Shown: piece after piece, positions 50,491 to 61,043 of the stretch | Position numbering within the stretch: the stretch's first letter is position 1 | Layout of the letters: every line of letters starts with the position of its first letter | Assembly (NCBI GenBank): GCA_000004985.1 | Contig: GG738874.1 | Direction: 5' to 3' (one strand) | DNA: 64,000 nt | From: Naegleria gruberi | Lineage: Eukaryota | Made by a program: the position numbers and the translations under genes | The notes under the pieces: generated by a model | Seen by the model: only the letters and a program-made list of their open reading frames with translations | Told to the model about the DNA's origin: nothing | Database searches by the model: none

Positions 50491-52134
50491 ATGCCATTAC
50501 CCAACATCCTTCCTACACCAAATACATCGAGAAAACAGTCTGTACACAATAATAACAACCAAGCACAACAACCATCATCCAAGAATGTCAATAACACTAA
50601 TAATACAACCAGTACAACTCCATCCCATATAACCAACACCAACACCACAACCACCACTGCTACTGCTACTGCTACCACTCAACTAACCAATCAACAAACA
50701 ACAAACATGTCAAAATCACCACCTAATGATTCAAGCCTTCATCCTTCATCAGCAACAACGTCACAAAAGAGAGGAAAAGTTTTGGGAATGATATCAATGT
50801 TTGAAAATTTGAATCCTGACAAGACAAGTAAACCAACAACAACAACAAGTGAGAAAATAGCACTTTCGAATGCTCTTCAAGATGAAGAAAAGAAGAAGAG
50901 ATTTAGAGCTAGAAGTAATTCATTTGATTTAAATTCTCCATCGACAGCATCGGTAGTAACAACCAATTCCACAAATATTACCAACACTGCTAATATTTCT
51001 TCTCAAGTTTCGAATAATCAAAAAACTAATCCACCACCTAATATTTTCCATAATATTTCAAAGAATATCTATAATAATATTAATACACAATTAAATACTA
51101 ATAACACTAATAATACCAATGTGAATAATAATACTACTCATCACAATACAGCAGTTAATAATATTAAAGAAAATGAAGAAGAAGAAAAGAGCCGATTGAC
51201 TAGAACACCATCAATGGTTCAAGGATTAAAAGCTAGATTTGAAAAGTTACAATTTAGTGTATTAGAACAACTTAAAAAAGAAGAGGAATGGATGCAAAAG
51301 AAAAAAGAACGTCAATTAACTGCCAGAAGTCATGGTGATAATCATCAAAGTTCACATAGAAGTGATACTTCATCATGTGAATCCGAAACTAATCATAGAA
51401 ATTCTGTAGAATTAAGTTCTCACAATCAAAAACACAATGATTCCATGCTAATGTATGATCATGATATTATTTCAACCGATGATGAATATTCAGAGGAGGA
51501 TGAACAAGAAATTCATCAAATGATGGAAACAGAGAATGACTATCATCAACATCATTCAATGGATGAAAACAAGAGAAGATCACAAGAGGAAAGAATTCAT
51601 CAACATGTTTTTGATACTCTCATGATTTCACCTCCTCCACAAATTGTTGCAGGAATGGCAGCTCAAAGTAGACAATCATTGTTTTATCATGAACTGTATG
51701 GTGAAACAGCTAGTTCTTCAACACCTTCTCCAATGGATGTTACAGATCCTTCAAGTACTTCTTCAATGAATAATGATGATTGGCTTGAATCTCAAATGAA
51801 TAGACATCAAAGATATAACATTTCAGATTTGGATTTATTGACAGCTTATAGACATAAATCTCAATTATATCAAATGCAAAATCCAGCAAATGTAATGATG
51901 AATCCATTCATTCAAGATTCTCAAGTTGTTTTAGGTAGTGATGCTGAAGAGGAGGATTACGCAGAAGATGGTGGTGAATATCTTTCATCTGACAATGATC
52001 AAACAGATATTGACCCAGAACATAGAAGATCAAGTGTAGATATGATTGGTGGAGTTTTGGATCGACAAAGTGAAGAAGAATTCACAAGTTGGGAAAAACA
52101 AATGGAAGAATTTGGAAAAGCTCTCGTCATTTGA
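50491..52134 (+). CDS. Asn/Thr-rich hypothetical protein
   Basis: 547-aa ORF; aaaaaaaATG start. poly-T/N/A low complexity. Acidic C-terminal region. Confidence 0.35.
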   Translation: MPLPNILPTPNTSRKQSVHNNNNQAQQPSSKNVNNTNNTTSTTPSHITNTNTTTTTATATATTQLTNQQTTNMSKSPPNDSSLHPSSATTSQKRGKVLGMISMFENLNPDKTSKPTTTTSEKIALSNALQDEEKKKRFRARSNSFDLNSPSTASVVTTNSTNITNTANISSQVSNNQKTNPPPNIFHNISKNIYNNINTQLNTNNTNNTNVNNNTTHHNTAVNNIKENEEEEKSRLTRTPSMVQGLKARFEKLQFSVLEQLKKEEEWMQKKKERQLTARSHGDNHQSSHRSDTSSCESETNHRNSVELSSHNQKHNDSMLMYDHDIISTDDEYSEEDEQEIHQMMETENDYHQHHSMDENKRRSQEERIHQHVFDTLMISPPPQIVAGMAAQSRQSLFYHELYGETASSSTPSPMDVTDPSSTSSMNNDDWLESQMNRHQRYNISDLDLLTAYRHKSQLYQMQNPANVMMNPFIQDSQVVLGSDAEEEDYAEDGGEYLSSDNDQTDIDPEHRRSSVDMIGGVLDRQSEEEFTSWEKQMEEFGKALVI

Positions 52135-52784
52135 GGAGATCAACAACCACTTGATGAATCAGCCTCGAGTCAACATATTTTCCAATTTATTCAACAACAA
52201 TCACCAATAATTTTGTAAAGAACATAACACAATTTTGTAAAATAAAGTTTAATCCTATCCAATCTAATGGATACTTGAAATTTTGAACTATTTACAATTC
52301 AGATTACGATTTGTTATGGATTAAAGTTTTTCTGTTGACTTTCCTTCTTAACAACAGAAAAGATAATCTATTGACTCATCATTTGCCATAGACAGAAAAT
52401 ATGTGAAGTCACAACTTTGAAGTTAATATTTCACTTTTCTTAATCTTTTATTGTTCAACCACAAGTTTCTCTTTCTAAATTGATCAAATTCAAAGGTGAT
52501 AAATAGATGGTCATGTTGCTATCTTTTCTAAACAATAACTTACTGAACCAACAATCAATAGATTAGTTGCCTTCACTGTTCATACAGTCAAAGACTGTAG
52601 CGGGATTGTCGCCATATTCCTGGCAGGCTTCCCGTCTAAATTATTAAATGAAAACAAATAATTAAATTATTTATTAAAATAATACTAATTCATTTTCACA
52701 ACATATGACTGTGCAGATTAAGAAGGAGCAAAAAGCCAAATATGGAGTGAGTCTGTTTATGATTATTATTTTGATATAGTGAAT

Positions 52785-52902
52785 GGCTACGGCCATATCA
52801 CGATGAATGCACCTCATCCCGTCCGATTTGAGAAGTTAAGCATCGTCGAGCCACATCAGTACTGAGGTTGGAGACAACTTGGGAACCTGTGGTGCTGTAG
52901 TC
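52785..52902 (+). rRNA. 5S ribosomal RNA
   Basis: GGCTACGGCCATATCACGATGAATGCACCTCATCCCGTCCGATTTGAGAAGTTAAGCATCGTCGAGCCACATCAGTACTGAGGTTGGAGACAACTTGGGAACCTGTGGTGCTGTAGTC aligns position-for-position with canonical eukaryotic 5S (GTCTACGGCCATACCACCCTGAA...GGGTGCTGTAGGC). Helix I termini are complementary. Confidence 0.85.
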
Positions 52903-52907
52903 TTTTT
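52903..52907 (+). terminator. RNA polymerase III terminator (T5) of the 5S gene
   Basis: TTTTT immediately after the 5S 3' end. Confidence 0.7.
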
Positions 52908-53173
52908 GATTTTGCGCCACTTTTTTTACAAACTTACGTTAGACAGTAGGACATTTCTTCAACTGATTCATGATTCTTTGTCTATGAGGATGAACAACAT
53001 GCTCAATTATTACAAAACATGAACCAAGTTTGTGTCCAGAAACAAAAATCAGTTCATGATAGAATTTCTTTTGCAACTTTCTAAAAATATACATCTCCAT
53101 CAAATAAGAATAAAAAACAAAGCAGCTGAAATCAAGAAAAACAATTCAACAAGTAAAAAAAACAACCAACATA

Positions 53174-53635
53174 ATGCAATTATTTGTCAAGACACTCACT
53201 GGAAAAACAATCACTTTGGAAGTTGAATCAAATGATTCAATTGAAAATGTCAAGTCAAAGATTCAAGAAAAGGAAGGAATTTCACCAGATCAACAAAGAC
53301 TCATCTTTGGTGGAAAACAATTGGAAGATGGAAGAACTATTAATGATTACAACATTCAAAAAGATTCAACTCTTCATTTGGTGTTGAGATTAAGAGGAGG
53401 AATGCAACTCTTTGTAAAAACCTTAACTGGAAAAACAATTACTATTGAAATGGAAGCGAATGATACTATTGAGAATATGAAACAAAAGATATTTGATAAG
53501 GAAGGCATTCCTTCAGATCAACAACGATTGATTTATGCAGGAAAACAATTAGAAGATGGAAGAACAATTAGTGATTACAACCTTCAAAAGGATTCTACTG
53601 TGCATTTGGTGTTGAGATTGAGAGGAGGTGGTTAA
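53174..53635 (+). CDS. divergent tandem di-ubiquitin-like protein (two 76-aa ubiquitin-fold repeats, about 85% and 82% identical to ubiquitin, ending GGG)
   Basis: [76 protein letters not shown] plus a second, more divergent repeat. K48/K63/G76 are retained, but there are 11 and 14 substitutions relative to canonical ubiquitin. Confidence 0.75.
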   Translation: MQLFVKTLTGKTITLEVESNDSIENVKSKIQEKEGISPDQQRLIFGGKQLEDGRTINDYNIQKDSTLHLVLRLRGGMQLFVKTLTGKTITIEMEANDTIENMKQKIFDKEGIPSDQQRLIYAGKQLEDGRTISDYNLQKDSTVHLVLRLRGGG

Positions 53636-53799
53636 ATAAACATTGTATCATAAATTCTCCCAATTCTCAAATCGGGAGAAGATTCAAGAATTAGTCACTG
53701 GTTGACCGGTGCGAATGAAATTTGGCCTTTGAACTTCGGATACTCGAAAAATCAGATATCTTATTGATATTGTAATCTTCAAAATTTTTGTTAAAAAAA

Positions 53800-55494
53800 A
53801 TGACACAACAGCCACCTCACATTCCACCAGAAATTCTTTCTCTCATAAAAAGTTATTTTTGTCATGGACGTGAATGGGAATTTTTAATGACAAGTTTTAG
53901 ATTTGTTTGCAATGATTGGTATCAAGTTTATTGTCATGATAAGGTGAATCGTATTCGCATAGAATTAACTTCAAATTCTATCACTACATTGGGGAGATCT
54001 AATATTGAAAAATTATGTATGGAGGGCAATAGTTGTTTATTAGGAGTTGATAAAATACAATTTTGCAATGTTGGTACACAAGAATTGCAAGCTATATTGA
54101 ATTGTAATAATTTTACGAATTTAGAGCATTTATTTATTTCTGGGCATTTTGATGTAAAAGTTTTTGAAGAAATTGTAACGAGCGAACCTAATTTATTTAT
54201 TTATAATTTAAAATATTTCTATATATATCATTTGACACCTAACATAGAGGAAATGGTTAGAGTTTTTCAAAAATGTGTTTCAATATCTAATCATCCTTCC
54301 TTTTATTATTTAATATTTATATTAAATACTAATATTATATATTTAAAAAGAGCTGTCGAATTAAATTATTTACCAGCCATTACGAGAATGAAAGAATTAA
54401 CAACGAATGAAAATGAAAAAGTGGAATTGATGATTAAAGGAGCTCAATTGGGTGATTATACTATGCAATTTGATTTGGCTAATTATTATAAAACTAGTGA
54501 ACAACATTCGGAGGCAATACAATGGTTTTTGAAAGCACTAGCTCACAATAACAAAAAAGAAAATCTCACTATTTATAATTATTTAGGAAACTGTTATTTG
54601 GAAGGATCTGGTCTTGAAAAAGATATTAAAAAGGCCCAATATTGGTTTGAAAAAAGTGCACTGAAAGGAAATGCATATGGTCAATTCGGTGTTGCATCCT
54701 GTCATGATGAAAATCATTCTTATACCAAAGCATTTGAATGGTATAAAAAAGCAGCAGACCATGGGGACTCTAATGCTTTATTCAATGTTGCTTATTGTTA
54801 TGAATGGGGTGAGGGTGTTGAAAAGGATCTCTCCAAATCATTTGAATGGTTCCTAAAGTCTGCTGAAAAAGGAGATGCTGAAGCTCAGTATCGTATTGGT
54901 ATGCGTTATACAATGGGAAAAGGAGTTGAAAGAGATTTATATAAGGCATTCAATTGGTATTATAAATCCTCCAAAAACGGATATATAAATTCCATGTTTC
55001 AACTTGGATATATGTATGCTAGTGGTAAAGGAACATCGTTTGATGGAGCTAAATCATTGAAATGGCTAAGTAGGGCAAGTGAAGGTTACGAACATGCTAA
55101 AACAGTTATTGGATTTTTAAATCATTTTGGATTGAATTCAATGAGCAAGGAACTCAATTATGCTGATCAAATGAATATTTCAGAATCAATTAAGAAGAAT
55201 ACAATTGAATCTCTTCGCAAGTGTGGTGCTTGTGATAATATTTGCAAGGGATTTTTCAAATCAACTTTAGATGGCGGATTATCTTTTAATGTTTGTAATG
55301 ATTGTTTAAAATGTATGGATTTGGAACAGATCAAGGAAAAATTTAAATCTGAAATTGGAGACAGAATACTGTATCACACTCATTACCTTGCAAATTTCCT
55401 TCCTCTCATCATTTATTGTAGAGATGAGAATAAGGTTGTTAATTCAAACCTGGAGAGTTTTATTACACAACTGGAAGATTGTGCCAAAGAATAA
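53800..55494 (+). CDS. F-box-like / Sel1-repeat protein with conserved C-terminal Cys-rich module (paralog of 20413..22062)
   Basis: ATG at 53800 (track start 53788 is TTG). HIPPEILSLIKSYF F-box-like region. About 7 Sel1-like repeats (AQYWFEKSALKGNAYGQFGVASCH, AFEWYKKAADHGDSNALFNVAYCYEWGEGV, ...). C-terminal CGACDNICKGFFKSTLDGGLSFNVCNDCLKCMDLEQIKEKFKSEIGDRILYHTHYLANFLPLIIYC. Confidence 0.6.
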   Translation: MTQQPPHIPPEILSLIKSYFCHGREWEFLMTSFRFVCNDWYQVYCHDKVNRIRIELTSNSITTLGRSNIEKLCMEGNSCLLGVDKIQFCNVGTQELQAILNCNNFTNLEHLFISGHFDVKVFEEIVTSEPNLFIYNLKYFYIYHLTPNIEEMVRVFQKCVSISNHPSFYYLIFILNTNIIYLKRAVELNYLPAITRMKELTTNENEKVELMIKGAQLGDYTMQFDLANYYKTSEQHSEAIQWFLKALAHNNKKENLTIYNYLGNCYLEGSGLEKDIKKAQYWFEKSALKGNAYGQFGVASCHDENHSYTKAFEWYKKAADHGDSNALFNVAYCYEWGEGVEKDLSKSFEWFLKSAEKGDAEAQYRIGMRYTMGKGVERDLYKAFNWYYKSSKNGYINSMFQLGYMYASGKGTSFDGAKSLKWLSRASEGYEHAKTVIGFLNHFGLNSMSKELNYADQMNISESIKKNTIESLRKCGACDNICKGFFKSTLDGGLSFNVCNDCLKCMDLEQIKEKFKSEIGDRILYHTHYLANFLPLIIYCRDENKVVNSNLESFITQLEDCAKE

Positions 55495-55920
55495 TATTAG
55501 GATATTAAGCAAATTACACCAATCATTAGATTAACCCAAATATAAAATATTACATTTTTTAATTGCTTCAACCTTAATGAACTTGTCGCAAATAATTGAC
55601 AAGTTCAGGTTCATGTGAAATAATGACCGAAGAATTCAAGAAGTTTTCAATCTCTGGAAAAATCACCTCAGAAAACAACCATTGACTCTAATCTCAAAAT
55701 TTTCAAATAGGAACACGAAACTACGTGCACGTCCCAACACACATCTTAATCAGAACCGAATTCCTAAATAAACCATTTAGAACTTTCGAAGAAACAAGCG
55801 AACATTGAATGACCTTAATAGACAAGTTCTACAGTGCGTTCCTGACTGTTCTATAAAGCGAATAACAACTGGCAATAAATTCAATTTTTCACACATCTTT
55901 TAGAAATTAAATTCACAACT

Positions 55921-57011
55921 ATGTCTTCCTCAACAAATCAATCAAGCTACTCCACTACCGAGTGTATTTCAGAATCGGCAATTACCTTTGAATGCAACTA
56001 TTTATTTGACTCATGTGATGAGGAATGTCAATATGGTCCATCATTATCACATCATCAGAATTCAATACCGAATGTTGCTTCAATTCTATCATTGGATGAT
56101 TTGACCAATCTTTCAATTCAACATACTTCAAGAAACAGCTATGAAGATTTGTCAATTCTCAGTGATTCCGAAGGTGATGATGAAGATTGGATGAATCTCT
56201 TGTTTCATGATGGTTTGAGAATGCTTAATCACAATTCAAGGGAATGGATTATTGAACAGGTTAATTTTGATCATGATTGTAAGATTGTTAATGGAAAGAG
56301 GGATCTACCTCTTGAAAAGACTAATATTTCAATGAATATTAAGAATTTGGGTGAATTTATTGATATGAAGGAATGTGATCAATTTGGAACCTTGAATAAG
56401 TCAACATGTAAATTTGTCAAATCATCTGGTAATTATCACTATTATAGACCATCTCAATCATTAAGGAAAGCAAACTTAGAAAGACGTTGCTTGACTTGTT
56501 TTCATCGGAAAACTTTGGAATTACCTCCATGATGATTTCTCCTCCTTTGATGTTAGCTCACTGGTATGCTGTTTACCAAAAGAAAAGCATTGAACTGAAC
56601 AGTGCCAAATATTTGGAGTCTGAATGGATCTTCAATAATAGAGAACAATGTTTGGAATCAGTTGAATTGTTGCAAAGATATCCCAAGTCAATTCAAAAGA
56701 ACTTGAAGAGATATTCACAGGAAGAATTGGATCTTGTTTTCCCTAAAAAGATTGTTTGGAGAAGAATTTCATTCAGTACTATTCAGAAACATGGATTTAA
56801 CCTGCAAAGAGTTGAATCAAAAAGTGCTTCAGGCTCTCCTACCTATTCTATCAAGTGTGGATCTGAAACACTGCTTGAATTCATATCCTCATTAGAGTTT
56901 TGTTCCAATATTGTCAAGTTACTGACTCTTGTGTCTGTATCGGTCTTTTCTAGAACAATGGATCTTCCAGTTGACAATCTATGTGATCAATTGAAATTGA
57001 CTTTGAGATGA
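55921..57011 (+). CDS. hypothetical protein; two overlapping ORFs (55921..56532 and 56487..57011) imply a frameshift, an unrecognised intron or a pseudogene
   Basis: Same-strand ORFs overlap by 46 nt in different frames. No recognised domain. ATG at 55921. Confidence 0.3.
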
Positions 57012-57287
57012 TAAAATATTTGCCCTCATCACCAGATGGACAAGCAGTTCTTTATTTCAACTAAATAAAACCACATGTCAATGAGAATGTTTTTATTTTA
57101 TCCCCATGTATCCTAAAATGACATTCTGAAACCCAATGTTCAAATTTAGTGGACAACTTCTAATAGTGATAATTAGGTTCAGATTTGGTTGGATTTTAGG
57201 TAGTTGATTCTTAATAAATGCAAGTTTACTAAGGTTTCCATTTATGGAAGGGTATTTTTCGCCAAACTGATATTTTAACATGTGAAA

Positions 57288-57357
57288 TCGGGTGTGGTAT
57301 GTGGTAGCATTCCAGATTGTCACTCTGGCGACCCGGGTTCAATTCCCGGCACTCGAG
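57288..57357 (+). tRNA. tRNA-Asp (anticodon GTC)
   Basis: Acceptor TCGGGTG/CACTCGA (one G:U). Anticodon arm CCAGA-TTGTCAC-TCTGG. T-arm CCGGG-TTCAATT-CCCGG. Discriminator G. Short D-arm as in other tRNA-Asp. Confidence 0.8.
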
Positions 57358-57554
57358 ATTAATTTTTGACTTGATTCTTTATTTTTAACAAACAATGACT
57401 TTATAACTTCAAGACATATATCTGATCTACCTACTTCTCAATTTTTGTGAAATAAAGAATTGAAACCATCGAGAAAATAAGTTCAACTCTATTCGTTAAT
57501 TTTATTGCTAAAAAATTAGTTGAGTTAGATATTCAATGTACAAACTTGTATAAA

Positions 57555-58763
57555 TCAAGATCTGTTTTGCCATTTAGAAGATTCAATTCCCATTTCTACA
57601 GCATATTTCATGAAACGAAGAACATGATTTTTCTGGATGAGGGACAGAATTCCACTTTCATCATCAATGAATTTCTTTCTATTTTCATCACTACGATTAA
57701 TAATTGGAAAGACAACGCCATTCTTAAATGTTTGGGTAATTAACTGTTCAATATTTGTAAACTCTGGACTTGTTGCAAGGTTGGCAAATAAGTGCCCATT
57801 TTCTGCCACAGTTGTGAATTTGGAGTCCTTCCACAATAAGGCAACACCATCAAATGCCAAATAACGATCTGACAAGTTGTCAAATTTGGTCAACACAAAC
57901 ATGTAATTAATCTTGTGATCTTCAACGCACATCTTAGTATACTTGGCAAACAATGGCTTCAATTCTTCAAGTGTCTTGATGTGAGTCACGTCAATTGTAA
58001 AAATTACCAATTGAATTCGAAATTCCTCTTCGTATTGATTTGGAACAGTATTACATCCTTCAAATGGACCACTATTTGGTGGAATTAATCCTCTCAACAA
58101 GTGTTGGAAATAATTCTTTGCAGGTTCCCTTTCTACAACTCCTTTTTGTTTAGTTTCGTAAAATCCTGGCACATTCCACAAACGAATCTCAGCTCCATTT
58201 CTTATAGGAATAACACCAACTTCAGAAGATTTTGTAACAGAGTGATCAGAATCAGTAGCTTCAAAGAAACGTCCCGATTGAAATGTAATATTATCACATC
58301 CCAAAGCTTGTGCAATATTATTAAGGAGTCCGCTCTTTCCATCTCCTAAAGCTCCGAAACAAACAACATTTAAGGATTTGGTTTTCTTGCTTTCAAAGTG
58401 AATGGCCATCTTGTGGTGGATTTCTTCAAATAAGGTGATGGTAAGATCTGGATCTTTGAGGTTGAAACGTGGAATTTTGTGTTTCATTTCGAATCTGCCA
58501 GTCCAATTAGTTTTGGTGTTTTTGTTATTGGAAACTGTGACCCAGGCATCAAGAGAAAGATTGACATTCTGATCAGAAATTAAAACAAGTTGTGGTTTTT
58601 TGGTTGGATTCAATGTCAACAATGTTGTTTTTCCAGTTTCGTAATTGTAAACCGAAATGTTTTTGATTTCTTTTTCGAGACCTTTCAATTGAAAATGGTG
58701 CAAGTCGAGGAAGTTTGGAGTTTCTCCCGCTTCGTTTGGAATTGGAGAACTTGAGTTACCCAT
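57555..58763 (-). CDS. P-loop GTPase, IRG/IIGP-like (TRAFAC class), with N-terminal myristoylation motif MGNSSS
   Basis: 402-aa ORF. About 120-aa N-terminal region, then G1 VVCFGALGDGKSGLLNNIAQALG, switch-I Thr (DHSVTKSSE), G3-like LWNVPGF, G4 LTKFD. Mouse Irga6 is likewise N-myristoylated. Family assignment is by motif spacing, not by search. Confidence 0.5.
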   Translation of the reverse strand: MGNSSSPIPNEAGETPNFLDLHHFQLKGLEKEIKNISVYNYETGKTTLLTLNPTKKPQLVLISDQNVNLSLDAWVTVSNNKNTKTNWTGRFEMKHKIPRFNLKDPDLTITLFEEIHHKMAIHFESKKTKSLNVVCFGALGDGKSGLLNNIAQALGCDNITFQSGRFFEATDSDHSVTKSSEVGVIPIRNGAEIRLWNVPGFYETKQKGVVEREPAKNYFQHLLRGLIPPNSGPFEGCNTVPNQYEEEFRIQLVIFTIDVTHIKTLEELKPLFAKYTKMCVEDHKINYMFVLTKFDNLSDRYLAFDGVALLWKDSKFTTVAENGHLFANLATSPEFTNIEQLITQTFKNGVVFPIINRSDENRKKFIDDESGILSLIQKNHVLRFMKYAVEMGIESSKWQNRS

Positions 58764-58966
58764 AGTTTTGTTTTTTTATTATTGTTTAACTAAGCTGAAT
58801 GTTTCGAATATTAATTATTAGCAGGAAGATGTACAATTCACGTTTCAAAATCACGTTTTGAAAAGATCTAAAATGAAACATGACAGATACGAAACGTGAT
58901 CAGAACCTAATCCATTATAAAATTATTGAATCCAAATTCATTACAATAATCCAATCTTGAAAAAAA

Positions 58967-59908
58967 ATGGGAAACTTGTCTTCCAACAATATTGAATTCT
59001 ATTCACCAGAAGAACACTATAAAAAAATTACCAAAGAAATTCCGAATAATGCTTTCCATCTATTAGAACGATATTTATCTCAAAAAGATAAACCAATTCG
59101 TCTCCATAGAATTTTCGATTATCCTAGCGATTCTACAACTTTCACTATTCGATACTTTACTTACTTGTCAAGAGCTCAAGAATCAACAGTTTCAGAAACT
59201 ATTGAACCAGGATTGAAATATATTTACTTTTATCTTCATGGATCTGACATGTCAGGTATTCTTGCCAAATTGCCAAATAATGTTTGTGCCATTTCGTTTA
59301 ATGCAGATGGAATTAAGGATATTCATAATGAAGATTTATTATCTTTTAAGAGTGAATCAAGTACGTTGGTTATCTGTCTATTGAAATATGTATTGATTCT
59401 TTTATTTTCTTTACTTTTGGTAGTGTTGTCAATGTTTTATTTGCCAAATCAAGGCAATAAAAAACCACAACAAATTGGAAGCAAATATATTGAGATAACA
59501 AGTCAAAACTATAGTAATGGGAAAGGCACAATTCAATTGACTTTTGATATGAAATACTGTCGTACTGTTGAACAACAACTTCTAAAACTTGGAGTTACAC
59601 TGAACATTCCTCCAGAAGATAGTATAAGATATTCAGACAAAAAGCTTGTGAGTCAGGATCAAGACAAGATAACAAGCACAAACATTGTTTCTCCAACATT
59701 AAATGAAAAAATTGAAGAAAGTCATGATACTGAGTTAGTTCAAGCTAAACAGGATGAAAGTCAAGCTCCAATAGAATCTACTTATGATATTCAGAACAGT
59801 AGACAAGAAAATCCTAACTCACAAGATTCAGCTATTTCCAACACCAATATGCAACAAGAATTGAGTGGTGTAGCGTTTGAAAATGAAAATATTGATAAGA
59901 TAGAATAA
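58967..59908 (+). CDS. hypothetical membrane protein with N-terminal myristoylation motif MGNLSS
   Basis: 313-aa ORF, divergently oriented 203 bp from the GTPase gene. One TM helix (LVICLLKYVLILLFSLLLVVLSMFYL). Acidic/polar C-terminal tail. Confidence 0.4.
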   Translation: MGNLSSNNIEFYSPEEHYKKITKEIPNNAFHLLERYLSQKDKPIRLHRIFDYPSDSTTFTIRYFTYLSRAQESTVSETIEPGLKYIYFYLHGSDMSGILAKLPNNVCAISFNADGIKDIHNEDLLSFKSESSTLVICLLKYVLILLFSLLLVVLSMFYLPNQGNKKPQQIGSKYIEITSQNYSNGKGTIQLTFDMKYCRTVEQQLLKLGVTLNIPPEDSIRYSDKKLVSQDQDKITSTNIVSPTLNEKIEESHDTELVQAKQDESQAPIESTYDIQNSRQENPNSQDSAISNTNMQQELSGVAFENENIDKIE

Positions 59909-59909
59909 A

Positions 59910-60987
59910 TTATTTTTTGCTTGTTATTATAATTTTACATAATCTTGCCAAGAGTGCTGTAAGTTGAAGAGGTGTATCAACACCATCACTTATCCTTAAA
60001 TGACAATCACCAATCTCTTTGATAAATTGTAATTGAGCATATTCAGGCATTTGGACAGCTCCACTTCTAACAACTTTGGAAAGAGTAGAAATTACATCTT
60101 GAGAACTGTATCCCTCACCCATTAATTTAGTAAGCTCTTTTTGAGAACTCATTAAATCACCTTGAATACATGATCCAATAATTGTTTGAATAGCAACTGG
60201 ATGAGGTTGATCACAAACTTTGAAAACATTAGTGGCATTTACAATTCCAAAACCTTGATAGGTAGCTTGTAAACTATTAATTGCATTTCTCATGTCACCG
60301 TCTGAAGTATAGAGAATTGATTCCAAACCATCCTCTGTTTTTTGGACATGTTCTAATTCACAAATAACAATTAATCTGGTCAAGAGTTCAGCATCTGTCA
60401 GCCTCTTATATCTGACGAGAGCACATCTTGATTGAATTGGTTCAATAATTTTAGAGCTATCATTGCAAGCAAGAGCAAATCTAGTTGTTGAAGAATAAAT
60501 TTCCATAATACGTCTCATAGCTTGTTGAGCAGCTGATGTCATTGAATCAGCTTCATCCAAAATAACTATTTTGTGTCTATTTGGTGGAAGATTAACTTTC
60601 TTTTGAGCAAATTGTTTAATTTTGTTTCTCACAACATCAAGTGTTCTTTCATCAGAAGCGTTCAATTCTAAAACAGCTTCTTTATATACTTCCTTTCCCA
60701 ATAATGATCTAGCTAAACACATTATACTCGTTGTTTTACCAGTACCTATTATAAATCAATGGTGTGATCATCACAACTCCTATTTAATAAATTAAAATTA
60801 AAAACCTACCTGGTGGTCCAGACAAAATCAGATTCGGCATATTACCTTCCTCAGCAATAACTCTAAGTCTCATGACAGCCTCTTCGTTTCCGACAATATC
60901 ATCCATATCAATGGGACGATATCTTTCAACCCAAGGTCTGTCCATTTCTGTTGGCACACCTGAAGAAGAAGAATTTGATGCAATCAT
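59910..60987 (-). CDS. RFC2: replication factor C small subunit RFC2 (40-kDa subunit; AAA+ clamp loader); exons 60810..60987 and 59910..60745 (64-nt intron GTAGGT..TAG)
   Basis: Exon 1 is ...[44 protein letters not shown]. Splicing continues [16 protein letters not shown]...[23 protein letters not shown]...[54 protein letters not shown]... (Walker A split by the intron, DEAD box, SRC motif). Near-collinear with human RFC2. Confidence 0.85.
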
Positions 60988-61016
60988 TTTTTTTGAATTT
61001 AAAAAAGTGGAATATT

Positions 61017-61025
61017 TTTGGCGGC
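61017..61025 (+). promoter_or_regulatory. E2F-like TTTGGCGGC motif in the 56-bp divergent promoter shared by RFC2 (-) and the 61044 gene (+)
   Basis: ttttggcggcaag. RFC subunits are canonical E2F targets in other eukaryotes. Confidence 0.35.
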
Positions 61026-61043
61026 AAGTTTAAAAAAAATAAG

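Noticed and set aside
52540-52640. Candidate small RNA (GC-rich stretch ...gtcaaagactgtagcgggattgtcgccatattcctggcaggcttcccgtct...) upstream of the 5S gene
   Set aside because: I could not fold it into a tRNA cloverleaf or match snRNA conserved boxes (Sm site, U6 ACAGAGA).
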